The notes under the pieces: model-generated | The model's database searches: none | Told to the model about the DNA's origin: nothing | What the model saw: the letters and a program-made list of their open reading frames with translations, nothing else | Shown: positions 21,179-32,175 of the stretch, in pieces | How the letters are laid out: the number at the start of each line of letters is the position of its first letter | How positions within the stretch are numbered: position 1 is the first letter of the stretch | Virus record (IMG/VR): IMGVR_UViG_3300033388_005412 | Coordinates: 96,001 to 160,000 of that record | Length of the DNA: 64,000 nt | Strand: one strand, 5' to 3' | DNA from: a virus | Lineage: Duplodnaviria; Caudoviricetes | Made by a program: the position numbers and the translations under genes

Positions 21179-21204
21179 GGTCGGAGAGGTTTCCCTCTCC
21201 GACC
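21179..21204 (-). terminator. Perfect 11-bp hairpin after major capsid gene (weak terminator or processing signal)
   Basis: GGTCGGAGAGG-GAAA-CCTCTCCGACC followed only by TTAT. Confidence 0.5.
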
Positions 21205-21237
21205 AAACATCAATTCCGTTTATTTATTAACGGAAAC

Positions 21238-22476
21238 TTACAGGCCTAAATTCTTCTGCGTGTCCAACGCTGCTAACTGAACCTGGTTCACGTTATCGAA
21301 TATGTAGTTTCTATCAACAACCGCATTTCTACAAACAGCTATACCTTTACCCTGATCGAACACGTTTTCACCATATCTCTCACTGACGTGCACCTGACGG
21401 ACATCTCTCTCAAAAATATCATCCTCATCTGTTTCAGGATTTTGTCTTTGAACAAGAATACCACATCTTTGACTATCAGCCATTATAATATTTGTTAAAG
21501 GTTTCGTGTTTCCCGATCCCGGGACAAACGGCACCAAATGACTCACAAGAACTTTCATCGGAGTCGGTAAATAACTAGGCGGAATATTCCACGTAGAACC
21601 AACCGGCGTAAAAGTCTGCAAATAAGGATCCAATCCACTCAGATCGGTTTCCTTACCTGTTCCTGAATATTTAAGACCTAAACCCTTTGGACTAAAAATT
21701 TCAGGCCAGCCTTTGTTACCAGACCCAAGAGGCATTCTCCTGGTGGCTAACACGGCTCCCTTCATCACTATCTCCCGAAGCTGAGGATCGACCGCAAACA
21801 CTTTCCATGCCAACGGTGACATAAGTAAAGTATCCGGCACAAATCCACGAAGAGCAAGATATGCCCACATGTCAAAAATATCATTAATCGTTGCTGTGCC
21901 ATTCTGAGCACCAGCTATATTTCTGCCAGTAAGTACACCATTTTCACTGTTCGCAGGATCAGCATTATCATAAACGGTTATACCCATTTGATCGATAAGT
22001 CTAACACTCAAACTCTCTTTCAACCTTGCAAGAGCAGCACCAGCAGCACGAAGCCACAGTGTGATAACATCAAACTGATTATCATTTATAGCCTCTTTGG
22101 AAATATTAATCGCACACCCATATTTCGACACTGTTATTGCAACTGTTGACCCAACAGTATCAGTGGCAATTGTGGTTTGCGGATATACATCCCCCTGAGG
22201 GATCTTACCAGCCACAATTGATCCAACCGCACCTATCTCAACCATCTGACCTTCTGGGAGATCTAGACGTGTAAAAAGATTTGGTGTGATCAGCAAATTG
22301 GGCTCTACTGCTTCTATAATTATCCTCTTAACAACCTTAGGAACAAACGGGGCTAAATCCTCGGTTGTAACAAGATCGTTAATTGTTAATCTTGCATCGA
22401 CGTCATCGGCGAATCTACCATTGTTGGTAAAAACATCGTAGACACGACCTAACTTCTGCGTATCTGTTAATTTCAT
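21238..22476 (-). CDS. Major capsid protein (HK97-fold expected)
   Basis: 412 aa after protease and decoration genes; VSKYGCAINISKEAINDNQFD, PDTLLMSP, ERYGENV patterns. Confidence 0.85.
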   Translation of the reverse strand: MKLTDTQKLGRVYDVFTNNGRFADDVDARLTINDLVTTEDLAPFVPKVVKRIIIEAVEPNLLITPNLFTRLDLPEGQMVEIGAVGSIVAGKIPQGDVYPQTTIATDTVGSTVAITVSKYGCAINISKEAINDNQFDVITLWLRAAGAALARLKESLSVRLIDQMGITVYDNADPANSENGVLTGRNIAGAQNGTATINDIFDMWAYLALRGFVPDTLLMSPLAWKVFAVDPQLREIVMKGAVLATRRMPLGSGNKGWPEIFSPKGLGLKYSGTGKETDLSGLDPYLQTFTPVGSTWNIPPSYLPTPMKVLVSHLVPFVPGSGNTKPLTNIIMADSQRCGILVQRQNPETDEDDIFERDVRQVHVSERYGENVFDQGKGIAVCRNAVVDRNYIFDNVNQVQLAALDTQKNLGL

Positions 22477-22512
22477 TGTTACCTCCTATTTATATATTTA
22501 TACTCTCATCAA

Positions 22513-23583
22513 TTACATCTGTAATTGAATTCTAACATACCCTATTGCACCAGACCGCACAGCTGATAAAATATTACTCTTAGCAGCAGCAGCACCAGAT
22601 GCGACAAGAACATCCCTCGCGAATATATACAATTCGGTAGGAAGACCGGCTGTCTGATTACTAGGAATCATCATACCTTCATATGCCTGAATCGTGGAAC
22701 TTAAATCTTTCGGGAACCTACTATCACAAGATTTAACCACACCAACTGTCTGCGCCGTTCTAGCACCTGTCACAGCGTTACTCTGTGTTTTAAACCGACC
22801 ATACAAATCAGACTGCAGCAATGTACCCGGACGGGCTCCTTCAGCACTTCCATCAAAATAAAAGAAAGCGTTCTTTCTCCAAACAGTAGGATACGCTTTT
22901 CCAACCGTAGCAGGAACAACATCAGCGTCACTACCAAAATCGGCTACTTTATTAGTATCAACATAAGGAATTGTAACAAAACCCTTACACGCCACACCAT
23001 AAATATCATGCTTCTGATAATTAAGATATTGACCCCTTATATCCTGATACACATCCTGATAAACAACACCAACAGGTATATTAGCGGCAAGAACCAAACT
23101 GGAACTCGCTGAGCTTGTCCACCCCGCGTTATTATCATCAAGAACACTATACGGCGTTGTTGACTGCGCGCCACCATTGGCCGGAATCAATAATGCTGTG
23201 ACAGACTCCTGATATCCCCATGGGTTTTCATCAACAGGGACATAAATAAGATCTTTAGCGACTGTTGTCTGATCATTATACACAGGAACGGTACCACTCG
23301 CCGTCGGCGTAGGAATACCATAATCAATTGTTGTCTGATTTGTTATAAGAGACACAATGGTCCCTTTTGTTAACACGACAGCATCCGGATCAGGATTCCT
23401 CGATTCAACACCTCTTGCATCATTCCAAGCAACCGGCAAATACTTATAAGGATAAACAGGTAACCCAGCTGTAACAGCGTTTTGAACATCAAGTGTTCTG
23501 ACGTTAACCAGTCTATCTCCTAAATCAGTAAGCGGTTTTAAAGGAACTCTACGAACCACATCATTAAAATTTAACTTTTCCAT
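22513..23583 (-). CDS. Putative head decoration/minor capsid protein
   Basis: Synteny between scaffold/protease and capsid gene; strong RBS. Confidence 0.52.
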   Translation of the reverse strand: MEKLNFNDVVRRVPLKPLTDLGDRLVNVRTLDVQNAVTAGLPVYPYKYLPVAWNDARGVESRNPDPDAVVLTKGTIVSLITNQTTIDYGIPTPTASGTVPVYNDQTTVAKDLIYVPVDENPWGYQESVTALLIPANGGAQSTTPYSVLDDNNAGWTSSASSSLVLAANIPVGVVYQDVYQDIRGQYLNYQKHDIYGVACKGFVTIPYVDTNKVADFGSDADVVPATVGKAYPTVWRKNAFFYFDGSAEGARPGTLLQSDLYGRFKTQSNAVTGARTAQTVGVVKSCDSRFPKDLSSTIQAYEGMMIPSNQTAGLPTELYIFARDVLVASGAAAAKSNILSAVRSGAIGYVRIQLQM

Positions 23584-23604
23584 TATTTCCTCCTTTTAAA
23601 CGTT

Positions 23605-25389
23605 TTATTCACCTAAAACAACTCGTTTTATCCAACTTTTTCTATCTTCTTGTTTTTTCTCTTTATCTTTAACGATTTTTTCAAAATTATCAACAACAGG
23701 ATTTTCAATCAGCTCTGATACACCAGATAAATTCAAATCCTTTTTTAAATCATTGATTGAATCAATTAATGACTCCGATGACCGTGTTGCTAATTCATTA
23801 ACTTTTTCTGAATACTTTGCATCTCGCGCTTCCGTACTATCAGCGTCAAGTATATCATTAACATTTGAACGTTTTAACATGATCGACAAATCAATGATCT
23901 TCTCAGCCTGTTTTGCACGAAGATCTTTCATAAGCTCATTTATTTTCGTGTTTGCTTTTTCAAGCTCATTTTTAGATCCATCAGTCATAACAGCATCTTC
24001 AGCGATTTTCTTCTCCAATACGGCTATCTTATCCTTAAGAGCCTTCACATCATCGATCGCATCAGGTGTATTTACGGGTGTATTTACAGGCTCATTTACA
24101 TGTGCACTATTCTCAACTTCATCTTTCTTTTTGGACATCGGGCAATTAAGCGTTTTCGCTCTCCTGCGAACACATGCCGCTATTTTAGCACGAACACCCG
24201 AACTATATTTTTCAACAACTTTCGGCCATTTCAACATAGCTAACGCAACCGCACAATGTTTGCAATCAGGCACCGGAAATGTTTTTCCTGGGCCGCAAAA
24301 AGTTGTTTTCATTTTCTTTCTCGCTTTTGATCCTACCGGAGGAAGTTTTTTATCCTCAACTGTATCATCATAATCTTTATCTTCCGGACCATACCCGATG
24401 GATAAAGAAACAAATGACTCATAATCTTTAGCAAGCTCTTCTGCTTCTTTTTTCTCATCCTCGTTCTTCCAAACATCATCAACTTCATCCCCGCATGTCT
24501 CACATTCGTCCAATTCTTTCAAAGCATCAACTATTAACTTTTCAAAATCCTCGTCAGAAATAGGCTCAGAAACAGATTTAGGAACAGGTTTTGTTTTAAC
24601 TTCCATATCAACTCCCTCCTTATCAATTATATTATCTTTTATCTTACTCTCCACATTAACATTATCACCCACATTATCCAACTCAATGGAACCGGCCACA
24701 CTATCATCAACAAACTGCATAGAAACAACAGATGCAACATGATCATTACTATAATCAGCAGGACAATTAATAAAAGAAACTTCTTTATAATCCATCTCAC
24801 TAATTATCATACCACATAACTTACCATCATATACTTTACCAATCTGATGATCACAACTCAACGATGCCCCAAAACTACTATAACCAATTGGTTTTTTACA
24901 CACCGAACAAAGCGGCGCATCAACAGGTGAACCTCCGGTGGAAACAGTAAAAAATCTTTGATTTAAAACATCATCGATAGCACTCTTATCAGTGACCAAA
25001 ATCTTCAAACGAATTTTACCACTGGGCGCCCCGCGTAAAACTTCTACATTTTTTTCATCTTTCCCGGCATCGTTCGGAAAATGTGATCTCATTAATGGTA
25101 TAAACGCGGCCTGAACAACACGGCCGATTGCTGTTTTATCCTCAACATGATGAGATAAAACCGGTTTATTATATGGATGCAGCCAGCTGCTCACGGCTTT
25201 GGCCATTCCATCGTGTGAATAAAAATATAAATTATGATTAAAATAGCCGCAATGTGTCGCATCAACTGTAACTTCCAGAAATTTCTTATTTTCAGAATCA
25301 GAAATGTTTATTCTATCTTTTTTTAAACTATCAGTGAATTTAGCAGGTGACCTAACAACTATTTCGTCTTTCAAATACATTCTATTCAT
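23605..25389 (-). CDS. Prohead protease fused to scaffold
   Basis: ATHCG, HPYNKPVLSHH, TVSTG and EVSFINCPAD protease-type motifs; acidic coiled-coil C-terminus. Confidence 0.7.
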   Translation of the reverse strand: MNRMYLKDEIVVRSPAKFTDSLKKDRINISDSENKKFLEVTVDATHCGYFNHNLYFYSHDGMAKAVSSWLHPYNKPVLSHHVEDKTAIGRVVQAAFIPLMRSHFPNDAGKDEKNVEVLRGAPSGKIRLKILVTDKSAIDDVLNQRFFTVSTGGSPVDAPLCSVCKKPIGYSSFGASLSCDHQIGKVYDGKLCGMIISEMDYKEVSFINCPADYSNDHVASVVSMQFVDDSVAGSIELDNVGDNVNVESKIKDNIIDKEGVDMEVKTKPVPKSVSEPISDEDFEKLIVDALKELDECETCGDEVDDVWKNEDEKKEAEELAKDYESFVSLSIGYGPEDKDYDDTVEDKKLPPVGSKARKKMKTTFCGPGKTFPVPDCKHCAVALAMLKWPKVVEKYSSGVRAKIAACVRRRAKTLNCPMSKKKDEVENSAHVNEPVNTPVNTPDAIDDVKALKDKIAVLEKKIAEDAVMTDGSKNELEKANTKINELMKDLRAKQAEKIIDLSIMLKRSNVNDILDADSTEARDAKYSEKVNELATRSSESLIDSINDLKKDLNLSGVSELIENPVVDNFEKIVKDKEKKQEDRKSWIKRVVLGE

Positions 25390-25458
25390 TATAATATTTC
25401 CTCATATTGCAAAACCCTACCATATCCTATTAATATAGTAGTATCATTTAACATATTT

Positions 25459-27393
25459 TCAACATTTCTCTATATTTTTACGCACAACATCAAGATACCA
25501 ATCCAACAAAATATTTATACGATATCTTTGACTTTCAAATATTGAAACAGCATCACTAATTGTTTTAAACCTCGATAACCTTAACTGTATATCATCAAAA
25601 AAATCATTAATATTCCTAATATTAATATTGTGATAAAATTTTAACTTATCATCTGTTAACTTATCTGTTAAATTATTACCAGATAACAAAGACAATAAAT
25701 TAACAACAATTCCACTCGATTTATCAATAACAGTTTCCCGTGAGGCGCGCAATGAACTCTTATAATCATATTTATTATCATGTTCATATGAATCAATCAT
25801 ATCACTTAAAATTGAATCATACTGATCTAATAACAATGCGTGATATTTCTTTTTTATCTCACTAACAACCGCCCCATTATCTTGAACTATATTAATAGAA
25901 TCACGAATCATCAACTGTTCTCTATCATTCGCCGGTGGCCCTGCTTTCTTTTTCGTACCATATTGATTTTTTGGCTCCTCTGTTTGCGAAATTTTTTTCG
26001 GCGAAACACCAAAAAGTTTCTTAGCTAATGGACCCTGCAAACCCGGCTCATCAACGGATTGCAAAATAGTTCGCGGAAGTGTGACAAGTCTCCAATATGT
26101 TTTCTCACGATCTTTATCGGTAAATGGCTCCCTCCCAATCTCTTCTCTTGCCTCATCTTCAGTTATCATATTTCCCTCAAACATCGCAAGCGTATGAAAT
26201 TCTTTTCTTATTTTATCATCAACATCAATCTCAGGAATATATAACTCAACTTTATTAGCATCATTAAATGAATCAAAACCACCCTCTTCCAACAATTCAT
26301 TTATAATAAATTCATTAACATATACACGAATTCTTTTTTGAAATCTTTTAGCAGCGCCAAGTACAGCCTTATTCAATGCAATAGCAGCCCCACGAGAAGA
26401 CCCGGCCTCACCAAGTGAAATAGCTGATTGACCCAAACCTAAATAAATTCTACTTTTAAAATATTCAAGATAGAGATCGACACGCAAGGCTGATTTGCCT
26501 TCACCAACAGCAACAAGTTTATGCCGCTCAGGTGTGACAAGCATACCGTTAGCAGCCATATTAGCGACAGAAACCTCGGCATCTGTAATCTCATCGGGTT
26601 CAGCGGGAATCTCCTCAGTACCAACACTATAATGAATAAGAGGTATCGCGTGTTGAAAAACTAAAATCTCAACATTCTCCTCCATCCGCCTAAGTGCCCG
26701 AATATCATCAAGAACAGCGACGACAGCGGGTGTTCCAAATAATTTTTCAGGCTGCCGATCAAGCGTTATGTGTATAACATCATCTTTTTTATAAAACTTA
26801 GGCCTATCATATAACAGCTCCTGGTTGTATCCCAATAAAACACCAGTTTCTGAACTAGTAACAGCTTTGATTGCCGGAGTCTCCATCACAAAATAACCGC
26901 CAACCGGTAAAAGTTTTTTGCCATAAAATGTTGTCCTGCGGCGGCCGCCAGATGATGCTTCGGATCTCACTTTAACAACAATGGCATTGTAAAAAAGAAC
27001 AAGCTGTTCCGAGATTTCAGACAACAAAACCTCAGTTGGTGTTTCTGTCACCATTGCAATTTGTTTTAACCTTTTTTTAATATAATGAACTGTTTTCGGA
27101 TTTTTTCCAACTATTTCATATCCGTTTTCCCATATCAACTCACAATATCTATTTCTGGCCCTTCTAAGTATGCTGTCAACATTAAAAGCCTGTTGAATTA
27201 TATCAAAATCATAATCAGGTGAAACAAGATCATAATTCCTAGGTTGAATATACCGTTTTAAAGCAATATAAAGTTTTTTTGTAACAGGTTTTATACGCCT
27301 TTTTATGCGCTTCAAAGGTTCAATGCTATTTTTCACAATTGCATCACCAATAATGCCACTTTTTGATTTTTTGAATAAATTAATTAGTTTCAC
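25459..27393 (-). CDS. Portal protein
   Basis: 644 aa upstream of the protease; VIHITLDR...FGTP...LDDIRALR and MITEDEAREEIG portal patterns. Confidence 0.8.
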   Translation of the reverse strand: MKLINLFKKSKSGIIGDAIVKNSIEPLKRIKRRIKPVTKKLYIALKRYIQPRNYDLVSPDYDFDIIQQAFNVDSILRRARNRYCELIWENGYEIVGKNPKTVHYIKKRLKQIAMVTETPTEVLLSEISEQLVLFYNAIVVKVRSEASSGGRRRTTFYGKKLLPVGGYFVMETPAIKAVTSSETGVLLGYNQELLYDRPKFYKKDDVIHITLDRQPEKLFGTPAVVAVLDDIRALRRMEENVEILVFQHAIPLIHYSVGTEEIPAEPDEITDAEVSVANMAANGMLVTPERHKLVAVGEGKSALRVDLYLEYFKSRIYLGLGQSAISLGEAGSSRGAAIALNKAVLGAAKRFQKRIRVYVNEFIINELLEEGGFDSFNDANKVELYIPEIDVDDKIRKEFHTLAMFEGNMITEDEAREEIGREPFTDKDREKTYWRLVTLPRTILQSVDEPGLQGPLAKKLFGVSPKKISQTEEPKNQYGTKKKAGPPANDREQLMIRDSINIVQDNGAVVSEIKKKYHALLLDQYDSILSDMIDSYEHDNKYDYKSSLRASRETVIDKSSGIVVNLLSLLSGNNLTDKLTDDKLKFYHNINIRNINDFFDDIQLRLSRFKTISDAVSIFESQRYRINILLDWYLDVVRKNIEKC

Positions 27394-29582
27394 AGTTTTG
27401 CCGTCCCTTCGAGTATTTTTTGAATTTCCTGTAACTCACCGTCTGATAAAACTTTATCACAATTGCAATCCCCATCGCCGTCTAATATACGTCCAACTTC
27501 CTGCTGAGAATAACCCATAAAATTTGTCAATAAAATTTTCACCCCATCTATTGACCAAGGATCCGCATGCTTAAAATAATCCTCGGTCTCTTTCAACACT
27601 TGCTCTTCTTCAGCTGATAATTTTCTTTTTAAATCTTTTTTATCCGAATCAATACCCGTTACACTTTTACCTGTATATATAGTAGTAAACTTTTTGTCTT
27701 TTTTAACAATATCCTTCAACAAATTAGACATATATCTATCATCAATATCAGCAGCCGCCGCGGCGGCTAATCGCACATTCTCCGACTTCAAATCATCAAT
27801 TCCTGGCTCGACGTTTTCTACACAAAGTTCCCAGAATTTCATAAAACCTAAAACATTATCAATCATCCTAATCCATGATTCAAATTTGAGAACAAACACA
27901 GCATCATCCGTTATTTTCTTTGCTTTTAACGCGCTTAACCGGCCATTAGCAAATAAACTTGCAATATATGCACCAAATTCTTTCATAAATCTATCCAAGT
28001 AAAGACCTAATGTTGTCGTCAACTCAAGCCATGGTAAACATTCCCGTCCAAATGCTTTGTACCTAGTCAAATCTTTAGAATTCAAAGCATATTTATTTAT
28101 GCCAGAATTAATCAACTGACCTAACGATGAAAAAACTTTTCTAATTAATGAATTCACTAGTGTAATGACAAAATTCGCAAAATCAACGACAGACTTATTC
28201 AAATCCAATGTCATTATATTCAACGTGAACTCCAACAAACCTTTTATCATCAATAAATTTTTCTTTCCTAACGCTATCCTCTCACCATGTTCTCCGATAT
28301 GTGCAACTTGTTTTCCTAAATTAGCTATTTGTGTTATAATTCTTAAAACACAGCATAAAAAAGTTGGCGACATAACCCAGCTCTTCATGCCGTCTTCGAC
28401 TGACTTTATAAAATCATTATTAATTGTATCAAGAACTGATTTCATACCATTCCACTGTGACGAAAATTTAGTAGAACCATCAGCTCTAGCCTTCAAATAT
28501 TCTTCCGGCAAATTAGGCTCAAATTTAATGCCACCTGGAGTTTCAAAACCATCCGGAACATACAAGCTAGCGACCTCCTGCATTGTTTTTATATTTTGAA
28601 TCTGTGCCTCGTTTGCCTGCTTGATTGCGAACCATGCCGTGTGTTTTGGTGATTGTTCCCTAACCTTCTCATTCGCTTTTTCAAAAAAATCTTTTTCATG
28701 CTGAATACAATTAAACAATGAAATTTCCTGAGTAATTTGACCAATTGATGACACCGGATTTATATCAGCATATGCCTTGTCTTGCGCGACATCCATTTGT
28801 GCTTCACTATCTTCACCCGAATCAACAGCCGCCGTATCTTGAATTTTCTTAAGCTGTTTTTTTAACGGCAAATCACCGCCGCTTTTCAACGAATCTATGG
28901 CCGACTTAATTTTTTGGGGAATTTTATTAACAAATTTAACACCGGATAATGGCCTAAGCTGAACATAAATGAAACTCAAAACCCATATCAATATTTGATT
29001 CCAAACACCGCGCATCATTGTCTTAACCATATCATCAAATTTATCCTGCTGTTCCTTTCTGATATCATCCGGAGTTTTATAACCAACCTTATCGGGATCG
29101 GCATGGGAAAACAAAACTTTATTCCTATTATTTAATGATTTACGTTTTACGGCAAAATCTTCAGCTGTTAACTTATCACCCGCCGCCTTTCTACCACAAT
29201 ATGGGCAATTAATAGCATCATAAAGCAAACGATCTTTATCTTTGTCTATAGGAATTGATAAATCTTTTAATTGTTTATCGCATTCTTTATCAATCTCATC
29301 CAGCTTATTATTTATATAATCAGCATATTCAATATATTCGTCAATGACCTGTTGCTCCTCATATGGTAATAAATCTCTGGGGTTTTTAACACCACCAGCC
29401 GGTTCACTCGGCACTTTAATTTCACCAGGATGATGCTTCGCCATATGGGTATTATATTCCAAAACTGTTTTAAATCGTATATCACAGTATTTACAATAAA
29501 ATGGGTGAAACGGCGGAACTCCAAAATCACCATCAATTTTTCCGGGAATATGCTGGATAATAGGTTTTTTTAAATCATCCAT
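27390..29582 (-). CDS. Hypothetical 730-aa protein with N-terminal C2H2 zinc finger
   Basis: CKYCDIRFKTVLEYNTHMAKHH and a CPYC motif; between terminase and portal. Confidence 0.7.
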   Translation of the reverse strand: MDDLKKPIIQHIPGKIDGDFGVPPFHPFYCKYCDIRFKTVLEYNTHMAKHHPGEIKVPSEPAGGVKNPRDLLPYEEQQVIDEYIEYADYINNKLDEIDKECDKQLKDLSIPIDKDKDRLLYDAINCPYCGRKAAGDKLTAEDFAVKRKSLNNRNKVLFSHADPDKVGYKTPDDIRKEQQDKFDDMVKTMMRGVWNQILIWVLSFIYVQLRPLSGVKFVNKIPQKIKSAIDSLKSGGDLPLKKQLKKIQDTAAVDSGEDSEAQMDVAQDKAYADINPVSSIGQITQEISLFNCIQHEKDFFEKANEKVREQSPKHTAWFAIKQANEAQIQNIKTMQEVASLYVPDGFETPGGIKFEPNLPEEYLKARADGSTKFSSQWNGMKSVLDTINNDFIKSVEDGMKSWVMSPTFLCCVLRIITQIANLGKQVAHIGEHGERIALGKKNLLMIKGLLEFTLNIMTLDLNKSVVDFANFVITLVNSLIRKVFSSLGQLINSGINKYALNSKDLTRYKAFGRECLPWLELTTTLGLYLDRFMKEFGAYIASLFANGRLSALKAKKITDDAVFVLKFESWIRMIDNVLGFMKFWELCVENVEPGIDDLKSENVRLAAAAAADIDDRYMSNLLKDIVKKDKKFTTIYTGKSVTGIDSDKKDLKRKLSAEEEQVLKETEDYFKHADPWSIDGVKILLTNFMGYSQQEVGRILDGDGDCNCDKVLSDGELQEIQKILEGTAKL

Positions 29583-29588
29583 ATTTAT

Positions 29589-31316
29589 TTAAAATGTTTT
29601 CCTCTTCGGCGCCAGAACACTATTTCGCCGCATGATGCCGGCATTAACAGGTGAAATATGTTTTTTTCTAGCCTCTCGTTTTCTATTCAAATAATTTGGC
29701 ATATTTCGTGATATAAGTTTACGAAACTTCGACACATTAGAATCAAAACCATCATCCCTCAGCGGTATCGTTGTCGGAACATGATATGTGCTTAACTGCC
29801 TGGTGCATGTCGTTGTGTGATATTTCTTTTTCTCATTAATCTCCAAATTAAATCCAAGCAATGCCAAAAAAAGAGCATTAAGTGCATGATCATTGCCGCC
29901 GCCATCATAGACTGGTCTATCGGTCCCTCTTGAGAATTTAGCAACCTTGAATTCCCTCATTTGCCCAATTATTTTATTCTTATCATCCTCATCATCCGGA
30001 ATACTAATTAAATGATTCTCAACAACTATAACAGCATTATTAACCATATATGGTTTTGCCGGCTTATCTTCTTTTTTACCAGTAACAGGATCCCTGATTT
30101 CAAGATTTCCACCATAATCAATTGGTTTAACTTTCTTATCCAATTCAGTCATAGGGTTGTCCTTGCCGTGCTTCCGCAATGTCTCAATCTGCATTGTGCC
30201 GAATCCCTTATCAACATAGATGGCTAAAAAACTCATACTTTTTGCCAAATTAATAACTCGCTGAACAGATTCTGTTTGAGTATATTCGGATTTTTCAACT
30301 CTAATATTATCAAAAACTCTAAATGTACCAGTGTCTTTCATTCTTTCGAGTATAACAATAGCGGCGCCATATGTCTCATTCCAGTCAACTCCCATTATAT
30401 AAAGATTATCTTTATTATACTTCAACCCAGGTATTGTTTTTCCCTTTACAATTTTATCACGATAATTATACTTTTTCTTTATCGCATTAAGATCCTGATT
30501 TCTGAAAACACCTTCTTCAACTGTTCCCCAACCAGCCTCAACCTCGTGTATGTACGTGGTCCTTGACATACTCTTTCTCGCAAAATCATCAGCTTCCTTT
30601 GTCCAATTAGGACTCTTAAATGATGAGTAATGAAATTCTTTTATATCCGGACTAGTACACCACTGGTAAAACAACCCGCGCCGGCCGGAAGGTGTCGATG
30701 ACGCTATTATTGTCGCTCTTGGGTTATTAAAATATATAGGTAAAATAATTTCAGTTATAACATCATCCAATCCATGGTCCATCTCATCTAATAAAGTCAA
30801 ATCTGATTCTGAACCACGCATGCCGCCACCCTTTGATGAGCTCTTAGCTCCTAATGTGGCACCATTTATAATCGAACCATTCTCAAATTCCATAATAAAA
30901 GGCTTTTTGACATATCTTGATGGTTTAACACAAGAACCCATCATTAGTTTATCCAAAAAATTAAAAATAAGTCTTATTTGTGACTCATACGGCACAGCTA
31001 TCAACACTTTATAATTAGCATTTGTAAATGCAAACCATAATGCTTCAACCGATATAACCAAAGTTTTTCCTAATCTCCGGCCTGTCCTATAAACCTTAAT
31101 ACGATCTTGTAATATTTTTTTTCCATTTTCACCGACACCCCATGTTGCCTGATATCTCAGCATCTTTTTTTGATAACTCCGCAACCTAAGTGGTTTATAT
31201 GGATTATTAGGATCTCTTAATGTCGCCTCAGCCCACTTCACAGGGTCGCTTATAACCTTCAGTTCTTCAAGTTCTTCTTTTGTTAACGGCCTATCTATTT
31301 TTTCTATTTCACTCAT
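29589..31316 (-). CDS. terL: Terminase large subunit (intein-free)
   Basis: Walker A GRRLGKT, Walker B LTLLDEMD, motif III SSTPSG, nuclease MGVDWN and YVDKGFG. Confidence 0.92.
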   Translation of the reverse strand: MSEIEKIDRPLTKEELEELKVISDPVKWAEATLRDPNNPYKPLRLRSYQKKMLRYQATWGVGENGKKILQDRIKVYRTGRRLGKTLVISVEALWFAFTNANYKVLIAVPYESQIRLIFNFLDKLMMGSCVKPSRYVKKPFIMEFENGSIINGATLGAKSSSKGGGMRGSESDLTLLDEMDHGLDDVITEIILPIYFNNPRATIIASSTPSGRRGLFYQWCTSPDIKEFHYSSFKSPNWTKEADDFARKSMSRTTYIHEVEAGWGTVEEGVFRNQDLNAIKKKYNYRDKIVKGKTIPGLKYNKDNLYIMGVDWNETYGAAIVILERMKDTGTFRVFDNIRVEKSEYTQTESVQRVINLAKSMSFLAIYVDKGFGTMQIETLRKHGKDNPMTELDKKVKPIDYGGNLEIRDPVTGKKEDKPAKPYMVNNAVIVVENHLISIPDDEDDKNKIIGQMREFKVAKFSRGTDRPVYDGGGNDHALNALFLALLGFNLEINEKKKYHTTTCTRQLSTYHVPTTIPLRDDGFDSNVSKFRKLISRNMPNYLNRKREARKKHISPVNAGIMRRNSVLAPKRKTF

Positions 31317-31322
31317 AAATAT

Positions 31323-32093
31323 TTATATAATCTCAGAATAAAGCGATGCCTCGCGACCTATGCTTCGCCGGCCATTAAGGTGTGATCGTTGTATAGCTCG
31401 CACCGATCTCTGACGTTCGGTTTTAGCCGCTGATGTCATATAACCAGCACCAAGACCCTCTCCAAATTCTAAACGGCGTATGTTTTCAGATATACGATCC
31501 ATTGTATTAATAGCCGCAACGCCCATCTTGAATGTTGCGCCGGCCATACTGGATAACAACTCACCCGCAATAAGTCCACCCATTATAGGCAATGCCACTT
31601 TGCCAATTGCTGAGCCAATAACTGTCATTTTACCAAGAGTTCCAATTCCGGCGTCAATGGCACCGGCCATGCCAGCAACAGGAATATTCGCAGATTTCAT
31701 AGCCAACCCAAGATCATTGACGAATTTTGTCGGATTATAAGTTGAAATTGATGTCTTCTTCACGACACCACGAAGAGCTTTCATAAAAGGCGCTTTATAA
31801 TCACTTCCGATTTTTAAAGCGTCCATTATTTTAGCGCCGCCGCCCAAATGAACACCTTTCAACCATGACCTGGCATATCCCGCCGTTGTGCTTTTACCCA
31901 AAAAACCATACTCCGTTGGTAACATAGATGTTATCAAAGACGGAAATATAGTAACACCATGACCAGCCGCCATATGACTGGCGGTGTACAAACCGAAAAC
32001 CCCGGTTAATTGTGCTTTAATATCCGGAAATGGGTTTGCTATGTTTACAGCCGTACTAATTGGAAAGGGCAATCCTGGTCTATCTTCAGCCAC
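31323..32093 (-). CDS. Hypothetical Gly/Ala-rich basic protein
   Basis: GTG start with GAGGTG RBS; amphipathic/hydrophobic segments. Confidence 0.65.
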   Translation of the reverse strand: MAEDRPGLPFPISTAVNIANPFPDIKAQLTGVFGLYTASHMAAGHGVTIFPSLITSMLPTEYGFLGKSTTAGYARSWLKGVHLGGGAKIMDALKIGSDYKAPFMKALRGVVKKTSISTYNPTKFVNDLGLAMKSANIPVAGMAGAIDAGIGTLGKMTVIGSAIGKVALPIMGGLIAGELLSSMAGATFKMGVAAINTMDRISENIRRLEFGEGLGAGYMTSAAKTERQRSVRAIQRSHLNGRRSIGREASLYSEII

Positions 32094-32175
32094 TAATCAC
32101 CTCTATTAATTTTTCTACAACTTAATTTTTTATCAATATATAAATTGTATAAAATATCTTTATTTATATTCATAA

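Noticed and set aside
11621-32175. Late-promoter consensus TGATA...TTAATAG in intergenic gaps (15.15, 25.43, 32.11 kb)
   Set aside because: Spacing varies (8, 14, 21 nt) and the words are expected by chance in AT-rich DNA
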